Positions 10,478 to 19,586 of a DNA stretch of 64,000 nucleotides are shown here, piece after piece; within the stretch, counting starts at the first letter, position 1, and every line of letters begins with the position of its first letter. Made by a program: the position numbers and the translations under genes. Origin of the DNA: Sphaerochaetaceae bacterium (GTDB lineage: Bacteria > Spirochaetota > Spirochaetia > Sphaerochaetales > Sphaerochaetaceae). A model generated the notes under the pieces. It saw only the letters and a program-made list of their open reading frames with translations. It had not been told where the DNA came from and did not search any database. The stretch covers positions 294,978 to 358,977 of the forward strand of contig CAXXKP010000006.1 in assembly GCA_963663665.2 (NCBI GenBank). Reading direction: 5' to 3'.

Positions 10478-11266
10478 ATGAGTAAAACAATATTGGAAAG
10501 ATTTTCTCTAGCAGGGAAAGTGAGTTTAGTTACTGGAGGAGGATCCGGTATTGGTAAAGCATTTTGCCATGCTTTAGGAGAAGCAGGTTCCAAGGTTGCT
10601 GTAGTAGATATTAATCTAGCTGCAGCTGAGGGTACTGTAGAAGAACTCAATAAGAAGGGAATCGAATCGATAGCAATTAGAACAGATGTAACAAATGAGA
10701 GTGATGTCGAACACATGGTTAAAACTGTGGTCGACACCTTCGGAACGTTAACTATTGCAGTAAACAATGCTGGAATGGGTATTTGGAGTGATGCTCTCAC
10801 CATGCCATTCGAGGCATGGAGAAAAACATTAGCCTTAAACCTTGATGCCGTATTCTTATGTTCAAGGGCAGAAGCGAAGGTTATGAAAGAAGTAGGCTAT
10901 GGTAAGATAATTAATACAGCCAGTATGTCAGGACATATTTCTAATACACCCCAAAATCAGGTAGCTTACAACTCCTCGAAGGCAGGTGTACTCCACCTTA
11001 CAAGATCTCTTGCAGCTGAATGGGCTCCGTTTGGAATTAGAGTTAATTCAATAAGTCCTGGCTATACAAAAACAGATTTAGTCGACAAACTTCTTGAAAC
11101 TCCAGAGGGACAATCAATGCTCCCAAAATGGTTGGAAAAGATCCCAATGGGAAAAATGGCGTTGACTGAGGATCTTCAAGGAGCTGTCGTCTACCTTGCA
11201 TCCACTGTGAGCGATTATGCTACTGGTAGTGATATCCTTGTAGATGGTGGTTATTGCACTTGGTAG
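10478..11266 (+). CDS. short-chain dehydrogenase/reductase (SDR)
   Basis: [12 protein letters not shown] and Y.SSK motifs. ATG 10478 lies 7 nt after AAGGAG (the track starts at GTG 10475). Confidence 0.85.
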   Translation: MSKTILERFSLAGKVSLVTGGGSGIGKAFCHALGEAGSKVAVVDINLAAAEGTVEELNKKGIESIAIRTDVTNESDVEHMVKTVVDTFGTLTIAVNNAGMGIWSDALTMPFEAWRKTLALNLDAVFLCSRAEAKVMKEVGYGKIINTASMSGHISNTPQNQVAYNSSKAGVLHLTRSLAAEWAPFGIRVNSISPGYTKTDLVDKLLETPEGQSMLPKWLEKIPMGKMALTEDLQGAVVYLASTVSDYATGSDILVDGGYCTW

Positions 11267-11287
11267 TGCTTGGTAATTTTAATATAT

Positions 11288-11326
11288 AGGCTGAAGAATT
11301 GGTTTTTTAAAACTTTGATTCAGCCT
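11288..11326. terminator. hairpin between convergent genes (possible bidirectional terminator)
   Basis: AGGCTGAA (11288-11295) / TTCAGCCT (11319-11326) with a T/A-rich interior. Confidence 0.35.
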
Positions 11327-11329
11327 TTA

Positions 11330-11980
11330 TTATGAGAGATAGTCTAGTAACTGATGAGCTTGGTCTATCATACCAAGGACATGAGGTTGAATATCAATCT
11401 CATGTCCTTTATGGAATCCAAAACCCCAATCAACTCCAACAAAATCTATACCAACAGATTGTGCCCCATCTAAGTCATGGGGCGTATCTCCCACCATAAG
11501 AACAGATGAATACTCTTCTATTTGCAAATCTTTGATTGCAAGTTTTATAATATCTGCCTTTGATAAATTCTCATCTCTATTTGCTCCTCGTATACTACTA
11601 AAATATTGAAAAAGCTGCTTCTCTTTAAGAATGTCTATAGCCATATCTTCAGTTTTTAATGTTGCAATTCCAAGAATAAGACCTCTGTTCTTCAAAGATT
11701 CTAATAGAGGAATAATTTCAGGGTATATCGTATTTAAATGCATATTTCCCTTCACATATTCACTTCTATAGATTTCACAAGCTTTCGGGATTTCTTCTTC
11801 ATTCAAACCACATGCTATCCTGAAACAAGCTGGAAGTGGAGGTCCTACAAATTTCCGTAGTTGTGATTCAGGAAGCTCATCATACCCTAAAATTTTCATC
11901 GTATGGTTTGCAGTTTGAAAAATACCCTTTGATGTGTCTAACAAGGTACCGTCCATGTCAAAAATAATCGTTGTATACAT
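11330..11980 (-). CDS. HAD-superfamily hydrolase (phosphoglycolate-phosphatase-like)
   Basis: IIFDMDGTLLDT motif I, GDTPHD motif. 216 aa. Confidence 0.8.
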   Translation of the reverse strand: MYTTIIFDMDGTLLDTSKGIFQTANHTMKILGYDELPESQLRKFVGPPLPACFRIACGLNEEEIPKACEIYRSEYVKGNMHLNTIYPEIIPLLESLKNRGLILGIATLKTEDMAIDILKEKQLFQYFSSIRGANRDENLSKADIIKLAIKDLQIEEYSSVLMVGDTPHDLDGAQSVGIDFVGVDWGFGFHKGHEIDIQPHVLGMIDQAHQLLDYLS

Positions 11981-11998
11981 GATTCGTACTGTAAAACA

Positions 11999-12478
11999 TT
12001 ACCCTTTTTTTCTCAAGTTGTTTACTAATTTTATACCTATCAAAAGTAAGGTAATCAGAAGGAAAAGAAACTTAATATTCGTAACAAGACTTCCGATTGT
12101 AAGAAGGTGTTGATCAAAGATTCTGTTAGAAAAAAAATAAAGAGAAAACCCATTCTCTATAATGTCTGCTAACCCGCTTATCGTCACAACCGTTATTATC
12201 GTAGGGGACTGCAAAAATAATGATATGAGGAGAGGATAGAATGAAACAATAAAAAAGGAATCTATAAGGACCTGCATATAATATGGACCTAAATGAGTAT
12301 TAGGTAGAAATGAAAGCGCTTTTAGAATTTTATCTGGAGTTGAATAGAAAATAACATCTATTAGTGCACGAGAATCAATGTCGAGAGTAAAAAAAAGTTT
12401 TGTAAGCATAAAAGTATAAAGAATGGATACTACGGCCATCATTAGATACTGTTCTTTTGAAACGGATTTTCTATCCAT
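11999..12478 (-). CDS. hypothetical integral membrane protein
   Basis: Hydrophobic ORF with 4-5 predicted helices. The track start is TTG 12514; ATG 12478 preferred. No family recognised. Confidence 0.45.
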   Translation of the reverse strand: MDRKSVSKEQYLMMAVVSILYTFMLTKLFFTLDIDSRALIDVIFYSTPDKILKALSFLPNTHLGPYYMQVLIDSFFIVSFYPLLISLFLQSPTIITVVTISGLADIIENGFSLYFFSNRIFDQHLLTIGSLVTNIKFLFLLITLLLIGIKLVNNLRKKG

Positions 12479-12602
12479 GGTATTATCTCTCTTGATATTA
12501 ACATCTCTTAGCAAAATTTTGCAATTTTCAATATTGAATTATCTCTATTTTCTCATAATTCTATTTTATGATATAGTATCTAACCAATAGGGGATAGTTG
12601 CA

Positions 12603-13361
12603 ATGAAATATGTACGTTTTAGTGTTGCTGACAAGGTAAAATATGGGATACTTGAGGAAAATGTCATTAAGGTACTCTCTAACTCTTATTTTGAAGAACA
12701 TGTGACTACTCAGGAAACATATCAATTAGATCAGATTCACATACTTGCACCTGTAAAACCATCAAAGGCGGTCTGTGTTGGCCTTAATTATGGTGACCAT
12801 GCGAAAGAGATGTGCCTTCCTCTTCCCCCTACCCCGATTCTTTTCATGAAGCCTTCTACTGCAACAATAGGACCAAATGATTCTATTATTCATCCTCGCC
12901 TTAGTGAGAGAGTAGATTACGAAGGCGAACTAGCTGTTGTTATTAAAAGAAGAGCACGTCATATATCGATTGATGATGTACCAAAATATATTCTTGGATA
13001 TACAATAGCAAATGATGTTACTGCTCGAGATTTACAAAAAAGTGACGGACAATGGACAGTAGCTAAAGGGTTCGATACTTTCATGCCACTTGGTCCCATA
13101 ATAAGTGATGAGGTCGATCCATCAAACCTATCAGTGATAACTTATCTCAATAATAATGTAGTTCAAAAAAGTAATACAAAACATCTCATCTTCTCTGCCT
13201 ATTTCCTTGTTTCTTACATCAGTTCAATTATGACACTGAATCCAGGCGACGTAATACTTACAGGTACCCCTGGAGGTATTGGTAAAATGGAAGTTGGAGA
13301 TGTTGTAAGAGTTGAAATTGAAGGACTCCTCTCTCTCACCAACACGTTAAAATCAGAGTAA
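12603..13361 (+). CDS. fumarylacetoacetate hydrolase (FAH) family protein
   Basis: NY.DHA.E, DYE.ELAVVI, DVTARD and TGTPGG patterns typical of FAH-family hydratases/decarboxylases. Confidence 0.85.
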   Translation: MKYVRFSVADKVKYGILEENVIKVLSNSYFEEHVTTQETYQLDQIHILAPVKPSKAVCVGLNYGDHAKEMCLPLPPTPILFMKPSTATIGPNDSIIHPRLSERVDYEGELAVVIKRRARHISIDDVPKYILGYTIANDVTARDLQKSDGQWTVAKGFDTFMPLGPIISDEVDPSNLSVITYLNNNVVQKSNTKHLIFSAYFLVSYISSIMTLNPGDVILTGTPGGIGKMEVGDVVRVEIEGLLSLTNTLKSE

Positions 13362-13534
13362 GTGGCAAGATAGACACAATAATATTGTCAAAAACGAAAT
13401 TTACAAAATAATTGGGCCTTATTTTAGTTCTTTCTTTACAGAGATAGTGTTTCTTAACAATTAATAGCATTATCTTGCGTTATTACTGTTAAACTTAGTT
13501 TACCCATTTCTGTTTTTCTGCAATAGTGCAGTGT

Positions 13535-14455
13535 ATGGAACTCATATTGGGACAAACCCTCGCACTGTTGACAGCATTCTGTTTTGCACAAAACTCTTTA
13601 ATTTATGCACACGTAGGTGCTATTGTAAGCTCATCCACCACAGCCCATATTAGACTATGGATTGCAGTTCCGCTGATTCTCCTGATACACCTTATATTTA
13701 TGGGAAATATAATCCCAATAGGGGTTCCCTTGCAGTCATGGATCCTTATTGGAATATCTGGTGCTCTAGGATTTTGTATTGCTGACTTATTCATCTTCAG
13801 TGCTCTTGTACAAATAGGGGCAAGGCAGACAATGGTTATTATGACAACGAGCCCTCTATTCTCTACTATTTTTGCATTCTTCATTGAAGAGGAAGTGATA
13901 ACAGTATGGCAGACTTTTGGAATGATAGTAACCTTGGTTGGGGTTGCCGGCGTAATTTTGGTTGATCGAAATAAAAAGAACACATCAAAAAAAGAACGTA
14001 TAGAGTTCGGAGTATTATTCGCACTGCTCGGTGCTATAACCCAAGCATTCGCTATGGTTCTTGCAAAAAAAGGAATGTCCGATATCGTCCCCCCCATTTC
14101 AGCAAATGTGATTAGACTTTTATTTGGGTTGATTTCCCTTATAATATTCACTCTTATAAAAAAATCATTTTTTTCGGATTTTAAACTTTTTGCTAATAAA
14201 CAACACAAAAAAGTACTTTGGCTACTCGTGGCAGCTGCCGTTGTAGGACCGGTATTGGGCATATTTCTTAATCTTTGGGCTCTTACTATTGCACCAGTTG
14301 GAATAGTCACAACCCTCTCTCAGATGACTCCTGTAATTCTCCTCCCTTTAGAGAAGTATGTTTTAAAGAAACAGGTAAGTTCTCTTACATCAATTGGAAC
14401 AATCATTGCTGTCTTAGGAACGGTAATGTTATTTATTTCGCCTTCTACCTTGTAA
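13535..14455 (+). CDS. EamA/DMT-family transporter
   Basis: About 10 TM helices in a two-EamA-repeat layout. ATG 13535 preferred (the track uses GTG 13526). Confidence 0.75.
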   Translation: MELILGQTLALLTAFCFAQNSLIYAHVGAIVSSSTTAHIRLWIAVPLILLIHLIFMGNIIPIGVPLQSWILIGISGALGFCIADLFIFSALVQIGARQTMVIMTTSPLFSTIFAFFIEEEVITVWQTFGMIVTLVGVAGVILVDRNKKNTSKKERIEFGVLFALLGAITQAFAMVLAKKGMSDIVPPISANVIRLLFGLISLIIFTLIKKSFFSDFKLFANKQHKKVLWLLVAAAVVGPVLGIFLNLWALTIAPVGIVTTLSQMTPVILLPLEKYVLKKQVSSLTSIGTIIAVLGTVMLFISPSTL

Positions 14456-14521
14456 GACTCAATGGACAAAATGAATGCTATCCTTTAGTATATGATTAAA
14501 TGTGATTGAGGAGTATTTTGT

Positions 14522-15715
14522 ATGGATTATGAACTCTCGTATGTACTAGTAAGCCCGTATACTGTTGCTAAAAGCAGAATTGGTGGTGTTCTTTCTAGAC
14601 TCTTAACTCGTGTTGACTTGGAGTTAGTAGGTGCTCAAATATTTTTAGCTGATTCACAGTTTGCGAAAGAATATGCCTCTATTTTACAAGGTCAATTAGA
14701 CCCATCAAACTCTTCAGCATCGTCATTATTAAGTGAATACGTTCTTCGAAACATAGCACCTACTGGAAGAAGAGAACACAGAACTCTCCTCCTTTTATTT
14801 AGAGGGCCTGAAGCTTGCAAGAAATTAAGCGATATCTGTGGTGCACTCTATGCTGAAAATAGAAGTATTGAATCACTCACTGGTGAGACCATTAGAGATA
14901 CGTACTCTGATTTAATTATTGACCCAGAGACAGGTAAAGTCACATACTTTGAACCTGCAGTTCTTACTCCTAGAAATCATGCTAACGCATTAAAAACTTT
15001 AAGGTTGTTATCTTCTTGGTTGCCAGGACGACCCAATATTGTAGAAAATGTTACGTATGATAATCCGGACGCTATAGAAAGGACTCTTGTAATTATCAAG
15101 CCAGAGAATTGGAATTTTGCATCTTCTCGTCCTGGAACAATAATAGATATTTTTGCTCGTACAGGACTTCGAATAGTTGGAATGAAAGTCCATCGAATGA
15201 GCGTCAGTGAAGCTCTAGAATTTTATGGGCCAGTTCGGGAAGCTCTTGTTGAGAGACTTTCAACCCCGATAGGGAAACAGGCTAGAGAAATACTAGAAGG
15301 CGAATTTGGAATTCATCTCAGTAACAAAACTGAGAAAATCCTTATTAAAAGTTTTGGAACTGAGTATGCAAATGATCAATTTGAACAAATTGTTGAATTC
15401 ATGGCAGGTACTCGAAGTACAGATTGTCCTCTAGAAAAAATTGAGCAACCTGGTAGTGTCAAAGTGATGATTCTGGTCTATGAGGGAGAACATGCAGTTA
15501 AGAAGATTAGAGACGTTCTAGGGCCCACAGATCCACTTAAAGCGCCTGTAGGAACAGTCAGACGCGAATTTGGTAGTAACATTATGGTAAATAGTGCCCA
15601 CGCATCAGCAAGTTTAGAAAACGCTAGACGAGAGATGAATGTAGTAAGTATCCATCACAATATTTGTGGTGAAATTATTGATTCTTATCTTACTCTTCAT
15701 GATCAGGATACGTAA
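14522..15715 (+). CDS. tandem nucleoside-diphosphate-kinase-fold protein (copy 1)
   Basis: The C-terminal half carries NDK motifs: [69 protein letters not shown]..ARREM. The N-terminal half is a degenerate copy. SD GAGGAG. Confidence 0.75.
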   Translation: [397 protein letters not shown]

Positions 15716-15780
15716 AAAGAAAGATTCCTTCCATTGACTCCTCTTTAGATAGTGCTACAATTAGACAAAAGGGAGTACAT

Positions 15781-16236
15781 ATGGAATATATTATCGAAGT
15801 TACAGACCGTGATGAAATTCCTTCTCTTATAATCCAACGAACCGTATCTTTTGAACATTTACGTGAGGAAGTTTCATCAACTTTAGAAGAACTCTATACG
15901 TATATAGAGAGTATTGGTTTACAGAAAGAAGAACCCGCTTTTGTTGCCTACAACAATCAGGATATGATGCATTTATCGATAGACATTGGATGTGTGGTAA
16001 AAGAAGCTTATCCTGGATATGGTTCAATAAAAAGTGGAGTGATACCTGCTGGGAAACGCGTTTCTTGCCTTTACAAAGGGGATTACAAATCGATGGGAGA
16101 TGCATATTCTCATCTTTTCAGTTGGGTTAAGAATCATAAACTTCATGTAAAAGATACGTATTATGAATTTTACCTCAACTCTCCATTATATGTTGAAGGT
16201 ACAGAACTCCTTACTAAGATTGAATTATTGCTTTAA
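15781..16236 (+). CDS. GyrI-like small-molecule-binding domain protein
   Basis: 151 aa. The pattern resembles AraC-effector-binding/GyrI-like domains (..P.G.......Y.G.Y.....Y..L..W......H.......E.Y.). SD AAGGGAG. Confidence 0.55.
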   Translation: MEYIIEVTDRDEIPSLIIQRTVSFEHLREEVSSTLEELYTYIESIGLQKEEPAFVAYNNQDMMHLSIDIGCVVKEAYPGYGSIKSGVIPAGKRVSCLYKGDYKSMGDAYSHLFSWVKNHKLHVKDTYYEFYLNSPLYVEGTELLTKIELLL

Positions 16237-16309
16237 ATTTAAGATAACTACTCCCAATAATCTCATTTCATGATATACTTGTACTATCTTAGTACCAAGG
16301 ATAATCCAT

Positions 16310-16648
16310 ATGTATAAATTTGCTATTTTTGCATTCAATGGGAATACCACCTGTTTTGTCCATGTATTACTTAACGCCCTCGATATGAATAGTAAGGGGA
16401 TGGAAGTAAAAATTGTACTTGAAGGTGAAGCTGTTACTGTGGTCAAACCTATGATTGAATCAAACAATCCTCTTTTTAAAAAAGTTGTCGATTTAAATTT
16501 GATTGATTGTATTTGTAAAGGATGTTCTGCAAAACTCAATGTCTTAGAGTATAATGAAGCATCTTCACTTCCTGTAAAAGGAGAGATGAGTGGACACCCT
16601 TCATTCTCTTCATATATCGAAAAAGGGTACACTATTATCACCTTATAA
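16310..16648 (+). CDS. DsrE-like small alpha/beta protein
   Basis: 112 aa. KFAIFAFNG...VHVLLNALDM..KGMEVKIVLEGEA...CKGC...GEMSGHPSFSSYIEKGYTIITL resembles the short DsrE-family proteins. SD AAGGA. The antisense ORF 16225..16704 was rejected. Confidence 0.5.
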   Translation: MYKFAIFAFNGNTTCFVHVLLNALDMNSKGMEVKIVLEGEAVTVVKPMIESNNPLFKKVVDLNLIDCICKGCSAKLNVLEYNEASSLPVKGEMSGHPSFSSYIEKGYTIITL

Positions 16649-16666
16649 TTATTAGAGAGATTTCCT

Positions 16667-17755
16667 ATGAAAAACAATAAGATCCTCATCATCCTAATTG
16701 TCATATTCCTCCTTATTTGCTCTAGTCCAGCCTATTCAGCATTTACTTTCACTCTTGCACCAATTGATCCTCTATTTAGAGAATTTATGGCTGATCCCTA
16801 TTCGAATTCAACAAGCTTTCGCCCCTTCTCTGTGAAGAATGAGGGAGGGGTTCCAAGAGGAATTCTTGCTGTCGATGGAGATAATGAGTATGTAGAAATT
16901 CCTTTTGAAGAGGAAGAATATGAAGGGCATCACGATTTTTACCAATTAAAAAGTGCTGCAAATATTGGATTAGCTCGCTTGGAGCTTGGTTTCTTCCAAA
17001 TAGAAGGTTACATAAATGGAGGAATCAATACGGTCTTCCAAAATTATGGAGCAACAGACTCATTAGGATTCGATGGATTCTATGGAGCCGGGGCTTCTAT
17101 TAGATTGTATAATAAGGTTGCGCTACAAGGAGGATTCCATCACTTTTCAGGTCATTGGGGAGACGAGACCCTTAAAGATATGATTGAAGTAAGTGAGAAA
17201 GATTTAAATGATTTACATCTTATTGAATATACGCGAGGGAATTCTTGGTTAGGATCAATTTCTATTGAGCCATCAGAGAATATTCGATTCTATGGCTCAG
17301 TAGAACTACCACAATCTTCTGCCTGGATTAGACCAGGTATACATGTTCCAATGCATACCATTAAACCTGGCTCTGTTGACCAAAGCCAGCATGATTACAT
17401 AACAGGACAAGAGGGAGTTTCCTCCTCTTTTGTTTACCCATCTTCTTACAAAGCATGGAGAATTCAAACAGGAAGTGAAATTAGATTCCCTCTCTTCTCA
17501 CTTGGGTCTCTCTTTCTTGCAACCGATTGGCAATTCCATCAGGATGGAAAGACTCTACACCAGGTTGATGGCTATAGTGATTCTAATCCATGGGAAATGG
17601 AATTTACCATCGGTGGAGGAGTTGAATTTAACACTGGATTGCTAAATAGAAAATTTAGACTTGAAATATATTACCATGATGGGAGATTCCCTTTACTTAA
17701 CTATTTTTATAAAAGAAGCCAATATGTCATTTTTGGTCTAGCAATTGGTGGATAA
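16667..17755 (+). CDS. secreted/envelope protein of unknown function, paralogue A
   Basis: Signal peptide MKNNKILIILIVIFLLICSSPAYSA. Shares long motifs with the next gene (HxSGHxGDET, YKAW.IQTG, HQDG.TLHQ..GYS..NPWE.E.TIGGG, YHDGR.PLLNYFY.R). Confidence 0.7.
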   Translation: MKNNKILIILIVIFLLICSSPAYSAFTFTLAPIDPLFREFMADPYSNSTSFRPFSVKNEGGVPRGILAVDGDNEYVEIPFEEEEYEGHHDFYQLKSAANIGLARLELGFFQIEGYINGGINTVFQNYGATDSLGFDGFYGAGASIRLYNKVALQGGFHHFSGHWGDETLKDMIEVSEKDLNDLHLIEYTRGNSWLGSISIEPSENIRFYGSVELPQSSAWIRPGIHVPMHTIKPGSVDQSQHDYITGQEGVSSSFVYPSSYKAWRIQTGSEIRFPLFSLGSLFLATDWQFHQDGKTLHQVDGYSDSNPWEMEFTIGGGVEFNTGLLNRKFRLEIYYHDGRFPLLNYFYKRSQYVIFGLAIGG

Positions 17756-17777
17756 TCTTACAATTATTGGAGAATTC

Positions 17778-18860
17778 ATGAAAAAAACTATTTTGATCTC
17801 GGTATTATTTATATCAACAATATTCTCTTTAAGTGCTGCAGAAAATTCTTTTACTTCATTTCATTGGTTTAACTCAAAATCATTATATCATCAAAGTCCT
17901 ACAGACCTTTTTAATCCTACAAGCACTCTTGAGATAATGATGCTTCAAAGTGGACAACCAAGGACAGTAAGAGTAAGCCCCGAGGATGATAGTGGAATGT
18001 ATGAAGATATTCCCATCTTTGATGGAGATAAATATATCGATGAAAATCTCTATGCACGATTAAAAACAGGTGTTGATGTCGGTCTCTTTCGACTCGGTCT
18101 ATTCCACAATGAGGCTCAAATGGAATTAGCCTTCAGCGGATCTCTTAATACGATTTTCCAAGGTTTTGGTGGTGCTGATAATATTGGATTTGATGGAATA
18201 TTCTTTTTTGGTCCACAAATGAAATTTTTTGATAGAGTCACAATAAAATTTGGGCTCCAACACTATTCTGGTCATTATGGGGATGAGACAATTGCAAACT
18301 ACTATGAGACAAATGACGATGTATTAAGAAAAACCATCAACTACACAAGAGATAATAATCTTGTCTTTGGACTAGAGGCAGAGATCGTCAAAAATCTGTA
18401 TATTCATGCTGAAGCGACCAGACCCCGTTTAGCCACATGGATGGGCCCTTCGGTTCATATCCCTACATGGGTTATAAAACCTTCAAATAGCCTACCGCTC
18501 AATCCTATTAATGCTAATGAAGAAAATGTGGATGCTATGGTCTATCCTGACAGTTATAAAGCTTGGACAATTCAAACTGGGTTGAACTATGATTTGATGG
18601 TTACAAAAGAGATTGGTATTGGTCTTAGTGGTGATATAAAACTCCATCAAGATGGAATGACTCTACACCAAATCAATGGATACAGCGAAGATAATCCGTG
18701 GGAATTAGAATTAACTATAGGAGGGGGAATTACACTAAAAGATCAAAATAGTAGTCATATTAGTCGTATCAACTTCATATATCATGATGGGAGACTTCCT
18801 TTGCTCAACTATTTTTACCAAAGAACTTCCTATATCTCTATCTTAGCTCAAATTGGATAA
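17778..18860 (+). CDS. secreted/envelope protein of unknown function, paralogue B
   Basis: Signal peptide MKKTILISVLFISTIFSLSAAE. ATG 17778 is preceded by TGGAGAA. Collinear similarity to 16667..17755. Confidence 0.7.
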   Translation: MKKTILISVLFISTIFSLSAAENSFTSFHWFNSKSLYHQSPTDLFNPTSTLEIMMLQSGQPRTVRVSPEDDSGMYEDIPIFDGDKYIDENLYARLKTGVDVGLFRLGLFHNEAQMELAFSGSLNTIFQGFGGADNIGFDGIFFFGPQMKFFDRVTIKFGLQHYSGHYGDETIANYYETNDDVLRKTINYTRDNNLVFGLEAEIVKNLYIHAEATRPRLATWMGPSVHIPTWVIKPSNSLPLNPINANEENVDAMVYPDSYKAWTIQTGLNYDLMVTKEIGIGLSGDIKLHQDGMTLHQINGYSEDNPWELELTIGGGITLKDQNSSHISRINFIYHDGRLPLLNYFYQRTSYISILAQIG

Positions 18861-18896
18861 TATGGAACTATTAAAAAGTATCTTACACTACAGGGT

Positions 18897-18922
18897 CCTC
18901 TCATTTAGGCAAAAATGAGAGG
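18897..18922. terminator. 10-bp-stem hairpin at the convergent junction (weak terminator candidate)
   Basis: CCTCTCATTT (18897-18906) / AAATGAGAGG (18913-18922). No clear U-tract. Overlaps the stop of the minus-strand gene. Confidence 0.3.
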
Positions 18923-19513
18923 TTCAAAATATTCACTTCGATGAAAATCAGGTTTTTCAGTATAAATTTTAAATAACGTTATATAGTGGGGATGAATGGT
19001 TCTTTCCCCACACTTGTAGGCATTGGCATAGACAATTGTCTGTGGGGTAATCTCCTTAAAAGGTATCTGATAAGAGATACTCCATCTACCGCGATAATCT
19101 TCATCATCTTTATAAGTACTATTAATATTAAGTGACTGAATATATTGGAGAGATTGTAGAACTCGACCTTGCCGAGAGGAACCATAAGCTACCAATGCTT
19201 TCCCATATGGGTTTATCTCAATATTCGTGTATTCAATAGAATTTTCATCTCTAAAAAAGAACTCAACACAGCTATCTTCAAAAATATTACACAAGTGCTC
19301 TGTAAAAGTAGCCCTCACATTTTTTTCTACTACATCGAAATTGAGTAAGAGAAAGTGTTTATCATGCGCAAGATAAAGAGTCGTAAAGATATCTTGAGAA
19401 GTAGCATCATCAGCCCACTGATTGTTTACTAGATCAGCTTTCAAACCTTTCTCTCTCATTAAGCGATGTCTAGTATCGGGAGAATCAATTTTAATATAAG
19501 GGATTATTAACAT
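18905..19513 (-). CDS. carbohydrate-binding family 9 (CBM9)-like protein
   Basis: 202 aa with no signal peptide. NQWADD..., DSCVEFFF..., YTNIEINPYG pattern recalled from CBM9-like proteins. SD AAGGAAG. Confidence 0.45.
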   Translation of the reverse strand: MLIIPYIKIDSPDTRHRLMREKGLKADLVNNQWADDATSQDIFTTLYLAHDKHFLLLNFDVVEKNVRATFTEHLCNIFEDSCVEFFFRDENSIEYTNIEINPYGKALVAYGSSRQGRVLQSLQYIQSLNINSTYKDDEDYRGRWSISYQIPFKEITPQTIVYANAYKCGERTIHPHYITLFKIYTEKPDFHRSEYFEPLIFA

Positions 19514-19586
19514 GTATCTTCCTTAAAAATAGTGGTGAACTCTTTTATGATAAAATAATTTTCTATTTTATGATATCCTTAAAGAT

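Noticed and set aside
12527-12538. Perfect 12-bp palindrome TTCAATATTGAA between the hypothetical membrane gene and the FAH-family gene.
   Set aside because: It is short and AT-rich, with no adjacent regulator gene. Palindromes like this are expected by chance in such intergenic DNA.
13603-14310. 235-aa minus-strand ORF antisense to the EamA transporter gene. Similar long antisense ORFs occur at 32215-32790, 10456-10803, 46400-46762, 45959-46255, 27262-27681, 36448-36804, 3014-3316 and 16225-16704.
   Set aside because: Each lies entirely inside a well-supported gene on the other strand. None has a recognisable motif or SD, and their compositions are low-complexity. They are typical shadow ORFs.
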